A stretch of DNA of 64,000 nt from Candidatus Dormibacteria bacterium (GTDB taxonomy: Bacteria > Chloroflexota > Dormibacteria > Aeolococcales > Aeolococcaceae), in contig JBIOIZ010000003.1 in assembly GCA_044450385.1 (NCBI GenBank), positions 10,049 through 74,048 on the forward strand. Direction: 5' to 3'. The notes beneath the pieces are model-generated. The model did not search any database and had not been told where the DNA came from. It saw only the letters and a list, made by a program, of their open reading frames with translations. Positions within the stretch are counted from its first letter, which is position 1; every line of letters starts with the position of its first letter. The position numbers and the translations under genes are program-made. Positions 26,637 to 36,682 of the stretch are shown in pieces.

Positions 26637-27007
26637 ACAAGTTCATCTCAAAGGTGATCGGCGAGAAGCGGCAATGGCGGCAGCACAAGGCGCGCACGCG
26701 AGAGCTTCCCGCGAGCTATCGCACGGCGGTCGAGGCCCTGGAGCGGTACCTGATGCATATCGGGCCGGGGGGCGACGGCGCCGACGCGGCTTCAATGTTC
26801 GAGGATCTCATCGACCTGTTCGAGCAGAGCGCGGCGAATCGGACCCCGATCCGCGAGATCGTCGGGGAGGACCCAGTGGAGTTCCTCGAGGCGTTCGTTC
26901 GGAACTACCCGGACGGGCAGTGGAGAATCCGGGAGCGGGATCGCCTGATCAGCGCCATCGAGCGCGCCGAGAGAGAAGACACCGGAAACGAAGGGATCGC
27001 CCGATGA
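26633..27007 (+). CDS. DUF1048 domain-containing protein
   Basis: ATGA overlap with padR. MNKFISKVIGEKRQWRQHKARTRELPASYRTAVEALERYL... is typical DUF1048, the usual partner of PadR. Confidence 0.7.
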   Translation: MNKFISKVIGEKRQWRQHKARTRELPASYRTAVEALERYLMHIGPGGDGADAASMFEDLIDLFEQSAANRTPIREIVGEDPVEFLEAFVRNYPDGQWRIRERDRLISAIERAEREDTGNEGIAR

Positions 27008-27828
27008 CAACACAGCCCATTCAGGCGATCCACGTGCGGGGCTTGGAGAAGTCGTACAAGACGCTGGAGGTGCTGCGCGGCGTGGACTTCGACGTGGCGC
27101 GGGGCAGCATATTCGCCCTGCTCGGCTCGAACGGGGCGGGCAAGACCACGATCGTCAACATCCTGTCCACGCTGCTCAAGGCGGACGCGGGGACTGCCAG
27201 CGTCAACGGCTTCGATGTCGCCACGCAGGCTGCGGACGTGCGCGAGTCCATCAGCCTCACTGGGCAGTTCGCGGCCGTCGACGAAATCCTCAGCGGGCGC
27301 GAGAACCTCGTGCTCGTCGCCCGGTTGCGGCACCTCAAGGACACGGGCACGATCGCGGATAACCTGCTCGATCGTTTCTCGCTGACCGACGCGGCTGCGC
27401 GGAGGGTGTCGACCTATTCCGGTGGCATGCGCCGCCGCCTCGACATTGCGATGAGCCTCATCGGGAGTCCGCAGGTCATCTTCCTCGACGAGCCGACGGC
27501 CGGGCTCGACCCCCAGGGGCGCATCGAGGTGTGGCAGGCCGTCAAGGAACTCGCAGGGCAGGGCACGACGGTGCTGCTCACGACGCAGTATCTGGACGAG
27601 GCCGAACAACTCGCCGATCGGATCGCGATCCTCCACGGGGGTCGGATCATCGTGGACGGTACCCTCGCCGAGCTGAAGCAGCTGCTCCCGCCCGCCAAGG
27701 TCGAATACGTCGAGAAGCAGCCGACCCTCGAGGACGTCTTCCTCGCCATGGTCGGCGACGACGGCAACGACAGCGACGCGGGCAGTGCCCGTGGCATCCC
27801 GGCCCCTACAGGTAAGGAACAACGATGA
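27004..27828 (+). CDS. ABC transporter ATP-binding protein (DrrA/daunorubicin-resistance type)
   Basis: ATGA overlap with the upstream gene. Walker A GSNGAGKTT, signature YSGGMRRRL, Walker B VIFLDEPTAGLD. Confidence 0.9.
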   Translation: MTTQPIQAIHVRGLEKSYKTLEVLRGVDFDVARGSIFALLGSNGAGKTTIVNILSTLLKADAGTASVNGFDVATQAADVRESISLTGQFAAVDEILSGRENLVLVARLRHLKDTGTIADNLLDRFSLTDAAARRVSTYSGGMRRRLDIAMSLIGSPQVIFLDEPTAGLDPQGRIEVWQAVKELAGQGTTVLLTTQYLDEAEQLADRIAILHGGRIIVDGTLAELKQLLPPAKVEYVEKQPTLEDVFLAMVGDDGNDSDAGSARGIPAPTGKEQR

Positions 27829-28586
27829 CCAAGCATTTCTTCGGCGACACCGCCGTTCTGACAGGACGATCCCTGCGCCACATCACGCGCAGCCTGGACA
27901 CCATCATCACGACCACGATCATGCCGATCGCTTTCATGCTGCTCTTCGTCTACGTGTTCGGCGGCGCGATCAACTCAGGCTCGCATTCGTATGTGAACTA
28001 CCTGCTTCCCGGCATTCTGCTCATCACGATCGCTTCGGGCATCTCCTACGTCGGATTCCGGCTCTTCCTGGATATGCAGAGCGGTATCTTCCAGCGCTTC
28101 CATTCCATGCCGATCGCACGCTCGTCCGTGCTGTGGGCGCACGTGCTGACCTCGCTGGTCGCCAATCTGATCGCACTGGTGATCGTCGTGCTCGTCGCCC
28201 TCCTCATGGGCTTCCGCTCGGGGGCGGGAGTGGTGGCGTGGCTCGCGGTCGCCGGCATCCTGATCCTGTTCACCCTGGCACTGACGTGGATCGCCGTCAT
28301 CGCCGGTCTCTCCGCGAAGTCCGCGGACGGCGCGGGCGCGTTCGCCTACCCGATCGTCTTCCTGCCGTTCATCAGTTCGGCATTCGTTCCCACCCACACC
28401 ATGCCCGGCCCGGTGCGCGCCTTCGCCGAGAACCAGCCCGTGACCTCGATCGTCAACGCGATCCGCGATCTGTTCACACAGCAGCCGGTCGGCAACGACA
28501 TCTGGACCGCCCTTGCCTGGTGTGTCGGCATCCTCATCGTCGCGTACATCTTCGCCATGGGCATGTACCGCCGCAGGATCGCCTAG
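27825..28586 (+). CDS. ABC-2 type transporter permease (DrrB-like)
   Basis: ATGA overlap with the ATPase gene. 253 aa, 6 TM helices, typical ABC-2 pattern. Confidence 0.85.
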   Translation: MTKHFFGDTAVLTGRSLRHITRSLDTIITTTIMPIAFMLLFVYVFGGAINSGSHSYVNYLLPGILLITIASGISYVGFRLFLDMQSGIFQRFHSMPIARSSVLWAHVLTSLVANLIALVIVVLVALLMGFRSGAGVVAWLAVAGILILFTLALTWIAVIAGLSAKSADGAGAFAYPIVFLPFISSAFVPTHTMPGPVRAFAENQPVTSIVNAIRDLFTQQPVGNDIWTALAWCVGILIVAYIFAMGMYRRRIA

Positions 28587-28620
28587 TGAGAGTCCTGGAA
28601 GGGCGCATGCTTACCCGCAA

Positions 28621-29592
28621 ATGAAGGCCGTTGTCTATACGAGATACGGACCACCCGAAGTCCTGCAGCTTCGCGACGTGGCGAAGCCAGTACCTGCGGC
28701 TACTGAGATTCTGATACAGGTCTTTGCTGCAACGGTCAACCGAACCGACTGTGGATATCGAAGCGCGAAGTACTTTGTGTCGCGATTCTTCACGGGTCTG
28801 GTCAAGCCGAAGCGCATTGTTTGGGGAAGCGAATTTGCCGGCAAGGTGGTTGGAATCGGCGCTGACGTCACCGACTTCAAGGTGGGAGATCGCGTCTTTG
28901 GTTTTGATGACCTTCGGGGTGCAGCGCATGCCGAGTACATGACCGAAGCCGCTGATGGTCCGGTCACGGCAATGCCCGGCGGCAGTGGTTATGAGCAGGT
29001 TGCTCCTGCAGCAGAAGGGGCGACATACGCGATCAATGTGATTCGTGCCGTGCACATACGAAGAGGTCAACGCGCTCTTGTGTACGGTGCTTCAGGAGCA
29101 ATCGGTTCAGCGGCGGTACAGATTCTGAAACACCTAGGTGTCACCATCACGGCGGTTTGCGGCACAAACAGCGTTGCGCTGGTGGAGACGCTGGGCGCGG
29201 ATCGCGTCATCAGCTTTGAGACCGAAGACTTCACACAGATTCCGGAAAGATTCGACTTCATCTTTGACGCCGTGGGCAAGAGTTCATATGGCACATGCAA
29301 GAAGCTGCTTGCTCCGCATGGGACCTACTACTCCACCGAGCTTGGTCGGGGTTTCCAAAATCCGCTCTTGGCGATCTGGTTTGCGATAACGAGGTCGCGA
29401 CGAGTCATCTTTCCGATCCCCAAGATCGACAAGGAGAAGATTGAGTACATCAAGCAACTGCTCGAGTCCGGAGAGTACAAACCCCTGATCGATAGGACAT
29501 ACCCGCTTGACGAAATAGTTGAAGCGGTACGGTACGTGGAGACGGGGCAGAAGATCGGGAACGTGGTCCTGAGGGTCGCTCCGGGCGACTGA
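28621..29592 (+). CDS. NAD(P)-dependent medium-chain alcohol dehydrogenase / quinone oxidoreductase family protein
   Basis: MKAVVYTRYGPPEVLQLRDVAKPVP..., cofactor motif VYGASGAIGSAAVQ, C-terminal GQKIGNVVLRV. Clearly lower GC than the surroundings. Confidence 0.85.
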   Translation: MKAVVYTRYGPPEVLQLRDVAKPVPAATEILIQVFAATVNRTDCGYRSAKYFVSRFFTGLVKPKRIVWGSEFAGKVVGIGADVTDFKVGDRVFGFDDLRGAAHAEYMTEAADGPVTAMPGGSGYEQVAPAAEGATYAINVIRAVHIRRGQRALVYGASGAIGSAAVQILKHLGVTITAVCGTNSVALVETLGADRVISFETEDFTQIPERFDFIFDAVGKSSYGTCKKLLAPHGTYYSTELGRGFQNPLLAIWFAITRSRRVIFPIPKIDKEKIEYIKQLLESGEYKPLIDRTYPLDEIVEAVRYVETGQKIGNVVLRVAPGD

Positions 29593-29725
29593 GGCATCCA
29601 CTCGGCAACCGCGCTCCTCAGCGACGCGTGATCCGGGAGGACCTTCTCGGACGCCGACACGGCGGTGGCTTCTTCGGAGCTGCTGAGTTCGTTCTCGAGC
29701 GAAGGCAGAGCGGGCTACCGGCGAG

Positions 29726-29801
29726 TGGAGCGGGAGACCGGATTCGAACCGGCGACATCCAGCTTGGAAGGCTAGCGCTCTACCAACTGAGCTACTCCCG
29801 C
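29726..29801 (-). tRNA. tRNA-Gly (anticodon UCC), CCA encoded
   Basis: Reverse strand reads GCGGGAG-TA-GCTC-AGTTGGTA-GAGC-G-CTAGC-CTTCCAA-GCTGG-ATGTC-GCCGG-TTCGAAT-CCGGT-CTCCCGC-T-CCA. This is a full cloverleaf with a 7-bp acceptor stem and TCC in the anticodon loop. Confidence 0.9.
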
Positions 29802-29885
29802 GTTCCTCCATGGTACCCGCCATTCGCACGGCGGACGTCGCGGGCGTAGGCTCACTGCCGAAGTCAGGTCAACACCAGGAGCCGG

Positions 29886-30554
29886 ATGACCGAGACAGCG
29901 AAGGTGGCGGCGCCGCCCGCCACGGGACTCGCGGCCAACCTCCGCCGAGGGATCCTCGCCGAGCGTGGCTGGGGACTGATCGTGAGTCTGCTGCTGATTC
30001 CGGCGATCCTCGCGACTAATCTCATCTACGCCTCGCTCAACCACGGTCCCAACCGCATCTTCCTGGAGACACCGCTCGATCGAGCGGTGCCCGTGGTGCC
30101 GATCTTCGCCGTCCCATACATCTCACTGATTCCATACATCGGCGTGAGCCTCCTCGCGCTTCTGTTCTTGCGTGTCCGCGTCTATCGCTCAGCTGCCGAA
30201 ACGATGATCATCGTCTGGTTCATCAGCTACGCGTTCTACTTCTTCCTCCAGTCCGATATCGCCCGGCCACACATCACGGGCACGGATCCGTTCTCCTCGC
30301 TGATCCGCGGCATCTACGCGGCCGATCAGCCGTACAACGATTTCCCGAGCCTGCACACGTCCCTGTCGACGATCATCGCGATGCACTGGTGGCGCTTCGA
30401 TCGCCGGATCGGCATCGCCGCAGCCACCTGGACGGCGCTGATCGTTGTGTCGACGGTGCTTGTCAAGCAGCACTACATCGCAGACGTGGCCGGCGGGCTC
30501 GCGCTGGCCGTCGTCACGTCACTGGTCGTCATGCGCGCCACAAGAGCGGCGTGA
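29886..30554 (+). CDS. PAP2-superfamily membrane phosphatase-like protein
   Basis: 222 aa and about 6 TM helices. PAP2-like motifs PSLHTS and KQHYIADVAGG. Confidence 0.65.
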   Translation: MTETAKVAAPPATGLAANLRRGILAERGWGLIVSLLLIPAILATNLIYASLNHGPNRIFLETPLDRAVPVVPIFAVPYISLIPYIGVSLLALLFLRVRVYRSAAETMIIVWFISYAFYFFLQSDIARPHITGTDPFSSLIRGIYAADQPYNDFPSLHTSLSTIIAMHWWRFDRRIGIAAATWTALIVVSTVLVKQHYIADVAGGLALAVVTSLVVMRATRAA

Positions 30555-30767
30555 TCCGCGGATCCAGCGACTGCGATACCATGGGTGGAGCGATCCACAC
30601 GACCACTGGAGGGCAACAGACATGGCACGTGCGAATGCGCCTGCAGCGCCCACCACTGACGTCGTGCCCGGCGGCTCCGCCGCCTGATCGTCCGCTGAAT
30701 CCCGCCACATCCTGGCGCGGGACTGCACTCGGGGCTCCGGGCTCTCACTGCAGCATGGAGTTCCCAC

Positions 30768-31808
30768 TTGTCTCACGACCCTCACCGTCTCACCGCGCTG
30801 GGGTGGAACGGATCACTCGAATCGGCGTTCGCTGACGCCACTCGCAGCGGCCATCGTGGCCTCGTTGTCCGTGTTGACGGGCGCGTGGTCACCGTCTTGA
30901 CGGACGCCGGTCCCCAGCGTGTGCCGCTGGCGGCAACAGTGTCAGGCCTGCCCGACGATGGCGCCGTCACCACCGGCGACTGGCTTGTGGTCGAGGATGG
31001 CGTTGCGATGCACGTCCTGCCGCGCCGGAGTGCGCTGATGCGCCGCGCGGCCGGCGAGGCGACGGCCGGCCAGGCGGTTGCGGCCAACATCGACCTGGTG
31101 TTCATCACTGTGGCGCTCGGACACACAATCCGACTCAGACGGATTGAACGTGCCCTCGCCATGGCCTGGTCGAGCGGCGCGGCACCCGTCGTCCTTCTGA
31201 CGAAGTCAGACCTGAGCGGCGACATCGACTCGGATCTCCGCGCCGCGCGTTCCGTCGCGACGGGCACCGAGGTCATCGCGGTGAATGCATCCGGCGAAGG
31301 TCTCGCCCGTCTCCGGGAGGTGCTCCTCGAAGGGCTCGTCGCCGTGCTGGTCGGACCGAGCGGCACCGGCAAGTCAACGCTCGTCAACCGGTTGTCGGGA
31401 AACGAAGGGCTCGCCACCGCCGAGGTGCGCTCCGACGGCAAGGGGCGGCATACGACGACGCACCGTGAGTTGATCGAGCTCCCGGGGGGCGGACTCATCA
31501 TCGACACCCCGGGCACGCGAGAACTCGGCCTGTGGGACGCCGGTGCCGGCATCGAGGAAGTGTTCGGCGACCTCACCGAGGTCGCCGGTCAATGCCGCTT
31601 CAGGAACTGCAAGCACGAAAACGAACCGGGATGCGCGGTGCGCGCTGCTGCGGCCGACGACCCGACGGTGCTCGCGAGACTGGCGTCCAAACGCAAGCTT
31701 GAACGCGAGCAGGAGCGTCTCGACAACGCACGTGACCTGCGAGCCAAAGCGGAGCAGCGACGCGAGCTTCGTCGCCGGGCGCGGGCCATGCGGCAGCGGT
31801 CACCGTGA
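30768..31808 (+). CDS. rsgA: ribosome small-subunit-dependent GTPase A
   Basis: Circularly permuted GTPase motifs LLTKSDL, GPSGTGKSTLVNRL, DTPG. Zn-knuckle CRFRNCKHENEPGCAV. TTG start as in the ORF track. Confidence 0.9.
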   Translation: MSHDPHRLTALGWNGSLESAFADATRSGHRGLVVRVDGRVVTVLTDAGPQRVPLAATVSGLPDDGAVTTGDWLVVEDGVAMHVLPRRSALMRRAAGEATAGQAVAANIDLVFITVALGHTIRLRRIERALAMAWSSGAAPVVLLTKSDLSGDIDSDLRAARSVATGTEVIAVNASGEGLARLREVLLEGLVAVLVGPSGTGKSTLVNRLSGNEGLATAEVRSDGKGRHTTTHRELIELPGGGLIIDTPGTRELGLWDAGAGIEEVFGDLTEVAGQCRFRNCKHENEPGCAVRAAAADDPTVLARLASKRKLEREQERLDNARDLRAKAEQRRELRRRARAMRQRSP

Positions 31809-31873
31809 GCCGGTCGTGCCCTGTGTGGACGTCGATGCCCGCACGCTCATCGAGCGTTCGGGCTGTCGCCAGC

Positions 31874-32728
31874 CTATGCGGGGATTACCCCGCTCCCTGA
31901 CTCTGCGGGCTCGGGCACGGTGCCGGAATGGCCGGGGAGGCCGTGTGGTGTCAGGCTCAACGCGCCGAGCACCTCGACGCTGTCCGCGTTGAACGTTGTC
32001 AGGCTGACCTGCGTTCCCTGCGCCACGATGTACACGCCGGCCTTGACCGAGCTGCTTGTCGCAGCCGCGCCCCGGACGCCGTGATACGCAGTCGAGCTCG
32101 AGATGGTGATGTATGCGAGCTGCCCATCGCCGGTCACGAGCGTGACGGTGTCGCCGCTCACCGACTGCACGCGCCCCGAGATGCTCGGTACCTCGATGGT
32201 GATGGCTGTCGCCGCGATCGGGGAGGTCGCGGTCGGCGATGTGCCGGTCCGGTCGCCCCGCACCGCAACGACGTCGCCGACCTTCACGGCGCTGAGGTGC
32301 ACCTGCTGGTCTTCACGGCTGTAGGTGGTGGACGACGTGGTGGTGACGGTGACGGTGCCCGCCAGCGTCCGCAAGGTCAGCGTCGATCCACTGATCTTGA
32401 GGACTGTGCCGGTCTCCCCGCCGCAGAAGCCTCCGCCGAAGGACCACCGTCCGCCAAACCCGACGCCGGCAAACGGTGCTGCGCATTCGAAGCGGCCGGA
32501 GCCGTGGCCGCCGAACGAGGGCTTGTGCGCCGACGGTGTGGAGCTCGGTTTGGTCGCCGCCGCGGTATTCGCCAAGTTCGGTGCGGCGTGGGTCACGATG
32601 AACCCTGTGGTGGCGCCCACCACGGCAATGGCCAGTCCGATCCCGAACAGCCGAAGTCGACCGGTTCCGTTATCCGGGGACTCGGCCGGCGGCGGAGGCG
32701 GTGGTGGTACCGGAAAATCGGATGCCAT
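31874..32728 (-). CDS. membrane-anchored protein with two DUF5666-like beta repeats
   Basis: Poly-Pro N-terminus and one TM helix. Two internal repeats (ISGSTLTLRT..VTVTTTSSTTY..VKVGDVVAV and VSGDTVTLVT..YITISSSTAY..VKAGVYIVA). Confidence 0.5.
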   Translation of the reverse strand: MASDFPVPPPPPPPAESPDNGTGRLRLFGIGLAIAVVGATTGFIVTHAAPNLANTAAATKPSSTPSAHKPSFGGHGSGRFECAAPFAGVGFGGRWSFGGGFCGGETGTVLKISGSTLTLRTLAGTVTVTTTSSTTYSREDQQVHLSAVKVGDVVAVRGDRTGTSPTATSPIAATAITIEVPSISGRVQSVSGDTVTLVTGDGQLAYITISSSTAYHGVRGAAATSSSVKAGVYIVAQGTQVSLTTFNADSVEVLGALSLTPHGLPGHSGTVPEPAESGSGVIPA

Positions 32729-32794
32729 CTGTACCCGCCAGAATACCTCGGAGACCTGTCAAAAAGGTTACGAACGCACCAGAAGCGCCAAACG

Positions 32795-34492
32795 TCAGGT
32801 CGGGCCGCCGAAACGCTGTTCCATCTCGGCGACCCATGTCGCGAGCGTGCTTCGATCGCCGATTCTCGGGAACAGGGGCTCGCCCATCCGCAGCGCGCGA
32901 CCGGGCCGGAGTGTCAGCAGTTCCTCGCTCGCGGCGCCCGGCCACGAGCGCTCGCCGCCTTCAAGGCCGAGGGTCGCAGCGAGGCGATCGCATGCGAACG
33001 GCACAAACGGCGCAGAGACGATCGCCTCGATGCGTGCGACGTTGATGGCGGTGCGCAGGATGCAGGCGACCCGAGACGGGTCGGTCTCGTGCCATGGAGC
33101 GCACCGGTCCAGGTACTGGTTTCCCAGGGTCCAGAGGCTGCGCAGTGCAAACGCCGATGGGCGGAAGCGCATCGCGTCCATCTCGGCCGCGTACGTTGCC
33201 AGCGCGGCGTCGATGGATGCCGCCAGATTCCCTTCCTCGGGGCCGGGTTCGCCGCCCTCGGGGACGGTCATCCCGAAGAGCTTCTCGGTCAGCTTGAGCG
33301 TGCGCTGGACGAAGTTGCCGAAGATGCCGGCCAGATCCTTGTTGACGGTCAGCGCGAAACTCTCCCAGGTGAACTCACTGTCATCCGACTCCGGCGCGGA
33401 TGCGAGCAGTGCGTACCGCCAGTAGTCGGCGGGGAGCAATTCGATCGCGGCATCCATGAACACGCCGCGCTGCTGGCTCGTCGAGAACTTACCGCCGTAG
33501 TACGTCAGGTAGTTGAACCCCTTGACGTAGTCGACGAGCTTCCACGGCTCACCCGACCCCATGATCGTGATCGGGAAGTTGATTGTGTGAAACGGGATGT
33601 TGTCCTTGCCCATGAATTGCGTGTAGCGCACGTCGTCGGCGTCGAACCACCACGAACGCCAGTCGCGGCGGTCGGGGTCGAGGTCAGCCCACTCCTTGGT
33701 GGCGCCGATGTACTCGATGGGCGCGTCGAACCAGACGTAGAAAACCTTGTCCTCGAATCCTGGCCAGCCGACCGGGATGCCCCACTTGAGGTCCCGGGTG
33801 ATGCTTCGGTCCTCGAGGCCGACATTGAGCCAGTTGCGTGCAATGGATGTCACGAGGATCGGCCAGTCAGGGTGCGAGTCGATCCACCGGCGCACCCGAT
33901 CGGCCATCAGCGACTGACGGATGAACAGGTGACGGGTGGCGCGCACCTCGAGCCGGGTACTGCCCGAGATTGCCGATCGTGGTTTGATCAGATCGGACGG
34001 CTCGAGCAGGCGGGCACAGTTCTCGCACTGATCACCGTTGGCGCGGTCGTAGCCGCAGTGCGGGCACGTGCCGATGATGTAGCGATCGGGAAGGAACCGC
34101 GCGTCGTCGAGTGAGTACACCTGGTCGGTGACCCGCTCCTCCACCATGCCGTTGTCGCGGAGCCGCGCTGCGAAGTGCCTGGTGAGCTCAGAGTTCTGTT
34201 GCGACGAGCTGCGACCGAAGTGGTCGAACGACAACCCGAAGCGCCGGACCAGGTCTGCCTGAATCGCATGCTGCTGCGCGCAGTACTCCTCGACGCTGAG
34301 CCCTGCCTCAGCGGCAGCGAGCTCGGCGGGCGTGCCGTGCTCGTCGGTCGCGCAGATGAGCAGGACGTCGTGGCCGCGCAGGCGCAGATGGCGCGCATAC
34401 ACATCGGCGGGGAGCATCGACCCGACCAGCGTGCCCAGGTGTTTGACCCCGTTGATGTACGGCAAGGCGCTCGTGATGAGATGGCGACCCAT
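32795..34492 (-). CDS. metG: methionine--tRNA ligase
   Basis: ITSALPYINGVKHLG (HIGH-type region). Zn knuckle CPHCGYDRANGDQCENC. KFSTSQ (KMSKS-type loop). 565 aa. Confidence 0.95.
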   Translation of the reverse strand: MGRHLITSALPYINGVKHLGTLVGSMLPADVYARHLRLRGHDVLLICATDEHGTPAELAAAEAGLSVEEYCAQQHAIQADLVRRFGLSFDHFGRSSSQQNSELTRHFAARLRDNGMVEERVTDQVYSLDDARFLPDRYIIGTCPHCGYDRANGDQCENCARLLEPSDLIKPRSAISGSTRLEVRATRHLFIRQSLMADRVRRWIDSHPDWPILVTSIARNWLNVGLEDRSITRDLKWGIPVGWPGFEDKVFYVWFDAPIEYIGATKEWADLDPDRRDWRSWWFDADDVRYTQFMGKDNIPFHTINFPITIMGSGEPWKLVDYVKGFNYLTYYGGKFSTSQQRGVFMDAAIELLPADYWRYALLASAPESDDSEFTWESFALTVNKDLAGIFGNFVQRTLKLTEKLFGMTVPEGGEPGPEEGNLAASIDAALATYAAEMDAMRFRPSAFALRSLWTLGNQYLDRCAPWHETDPSRVACILRTAINVARIEAIVSAPFVPFACDRLAATLGLEGGERSWPGAASEELLTLRPGRALRMGEPLFPRIGDRSTLATWVAEMEQRFGGPT

Positions 34493-34723
34493 CGGCGCAT
34501 CCTACAAGGGGTAGGAGCGGCGCTCCCCCTCTCGGAGCGTCGCGGGATAGAGCGTAGCCGCATTCGGAGCGTTTGAGACGATTCGTCAGACCGATCTTTG
34601 CGACCCGTTGCACCGTCGCCACCACCGCCATGCGTGCGTCTGACGTCGTTAACGGTCCGTTGCCGTGGACAGTGATCACCTGACCGGCTGGTACCCTGCG
34701 GCTATGCGAGCATCGGGCTCCCG

Positions 34724-35785
34724 GTGAAGGGGCTCATCCTCAGCGGCGGCAAGGGAACGCGGCTGCGTCCGATCACCCACACCGGCGCGAAACAACTCAT
34801 CCCTGTCGCCAACCGGCCGATTCTCTTCTATGCCATCGATGCGCTGACCCAGGCCGGGATACACGACATCGGCATCATCGTGGGCGAGACCGCGGATGAG
34901 GTGTGCGCCGCGGTGGGCGATGGAGCGAAGTTCGATGCGAGCGTCACCTTCATCCACCAGGAGGCCCCGCTCGGGCTTGCGCATGCGGTCGGCATCGCCC
35001 GCGACTTCCTGGCCGGGGACAGTTTCGTGATGTATCTCGGGGACAATCTGATCGCCCAGGGAATCGGGACCCTCGTCGACGAATTCCAGCGATCGGAAGC
35101 CGACGCCATGATCCTGCTGGCCCGGGTTCCCGAACCGCAGCGCTTCGGGGTGGCGGAGCTCGAGGACGGACGTGTGATCTCGCTCGTGGAGAAGCCGTCG
35201 GTGCCCCGCTCCGACCTGGCGCTGGTGGGCGTGTACCTCTTCTCCTCGTTGATCTTCGAGGCGATCGATGCCATCGAGCCGAGTGCCCGAGGCGAGCTCG
35301 AGATCACCGACGCGATTCAGCGAATGATCGACACCGGCAGGCGCGTCCTGCCGCACATCATCGAGGGCTGGTGGAAGGACACCGGTCGGCTCGACGACAT
35401 CCTCGAGGCCAATCGGATGATCCTGGACACACTCGAGGCACGATGCGATGGCATCGTGGGTGAGGACGTTCGCCTCCATGGCAAGGTTGTGGTGGAGGAG
35501 GGGGCCACACTGCGCAACTGCGTGGTCCGCGGGCCGGCGATCATCGGCAGCGGCACGGTGGTGGACAACGCATACATCGGCCCGTTCACGTCCATCTACT
35601 TCGACTGCGTGGTGCGCAACGCTGAAATCGAGAACAGCATCGTTCTCGAGGGAACGAGGATCCACGACGTCGGTGGCAAGATCGACGGATCGCTCATCGG
35701 CAAGGAGTGCGAGGTCTGCAAATCGCCGGCGCGCCCGACCGCCGTGCGACTGATGCTCGGCGACCACTCTCGCGTCGAGCTCTGA
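34724..35785 (+). CDS. rmlA: glucose-1-phosphate thymidylyltransferase (long form with C-terminal left-handed beta-helix)
   Basis: MKGLILSGGKGTRLRPITHTGAKQLIPVANRPIL nucleotidyltransferase signature. Hexapeptide-repeat C-terminus. GTG start. Confidence 0.8.
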   Translation: MKGLILSGGKGTRLRPITHTGAKQLIPVANRPILFYAIDALTQAGIHDIGIIVGETADEVCAAVGDGAKFDASVTFIHQEAPLGLAHAVGIARDFLAGDSFVMYLGDNLIAQGIGTLVDEFQRSEADAMILLARVPEPQRFGVAELEDGRVISLVEKPSVPRSDLALVGVYLFSSLIFEAIDAIEPSARGELEITDAIQRMIDTGRRVLPHIIEGWWKDTGRLDDILEANRMILDTLEARCDGIVGEDVRLHGKVVVEEGATLRNCVVRGPAIIGSGTVVDNAYIGPFTSIYFDCVVRNAEIENSIVLEGTRIHDVGGKIDGSLIGKECEVCKSPARPTAVRLMLGDHSRVEL

Positions 35786-35836
35786 CGGCATCAACGTGAG
35801 GCGCACCTCGCCGGGGGAGCAGCGCTGAGGTACGTC

Positions 35837-36673
35837 GTGTTCGGCGCGTCCGGGCAGCTCGGTGGGGACCTCGTCGACGAGGGAAGGCGGCAGGGCCACG
35901 AGATGATCGGCCTGACCCAGCTGGATTGCGATATCACCGACGCAGCCGCTGTCGAGCGGGCCGTCGTCGAAACTCACCCGGATGCCGTCATCAACGCTGC
36001 GGCGTGGACGCGGGTCGATGCTGCTGAGGAGCACGAAACGACCGCGGAGGCGGTGAACGCCACTGGTGCGGGCTACGTGGCGTCGGCATCCGCGGCGGCG
36101 GGCATTCGCTGCTGTCACGTCAGCACCGACTACGTGTTCGACGGCACAGCGAGTTCGCCGATCCCCGAGACCGCCGTGGCGGCGCCGCGGTCAGCCTACG
36201 GGCGGACCAAGTGGCACGGCGAGATTGCGGTGCGAGAGCGCAACCCTAACCACATCATCGTGCGCACCAGCTGGCTCTACGGCCGCCAAGGCCCCAACTT
36301 CGTGCTCACGATGTTGCGCATAGCCGCCGAACGCACGCAGGTTCGGGTCGTTGCCGACCAGCGCGGAGCGCCGACGTGGACCGGCCATCTCGCGCCCGCG
36401 ATGCTCCGGCTGCTCCAGGTTGGGCCGCCCGGGACGTACCACCTCACCAACACAGGCGTGACCACCTGGCACGGACTGGCGGTCGCCGCAATCCGCTCGC
36501 GCGGGGTTATGGCCGAGGTCGTGCCGATCACTACAGCGGAATACCCGACCCCGGCCGTGCGCCCCGCGTACTCGGTGCTCGACAATCGCGCCTGGCGCGA
36601 GCTTGGTGAGCCGCCCTTGCCGGACTGGCAGGAAGGGCTGGGAGCCTACCTGTCGACTCTCGACGCCGGCTGA
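35837..36673 (+). CDS. rmlD: dTDP-4-dehydrorhamnose reductase
   Basis: FGASGQLG Rossmann motif, STDYVFDG, YGRTKWHGE catalytic Y-x3-K. 278 aa. Confidence 0.85.
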   Translation: MFGASGQLGGDLVDEGRRQGHEMIGLTQLDCDITDAAAVERAVVETHPDAVINAAAWTRVDAAEEHETTAEAVNATGAGYVASASAAAGIRCCHVSTDYVFDGTASSPIPETAVAAPRSAYGRTKWHGEIAVRERNPNHIIVRTSWLYGRQGPNFVLTMLRIAAERTQVRVVADQRGAPTWTGHLAPAMLRLLQVGPPGTYHLTNTGVTTWHGLAVAAIRSRGVMAEVVPITTAEYPTPAVRPAYSVLDNRAWRELGEPPLPDWQEGLGAYLSTLDAG

Positions 36674-36682
36674 GCTCCAGGA

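Noticed and set aside
34493-34723. Possible T-box or other leader upstream of metG, in the 231-bp spacer shared with rmlA. It contains the palindrome GGAGCGGCGCTCC.
   Set aside because: No specifier-loop or T-box (AGGGUGGUACCGCG-like) sequence was recognised. The spacer is adequately explained as a divergent promoter region.
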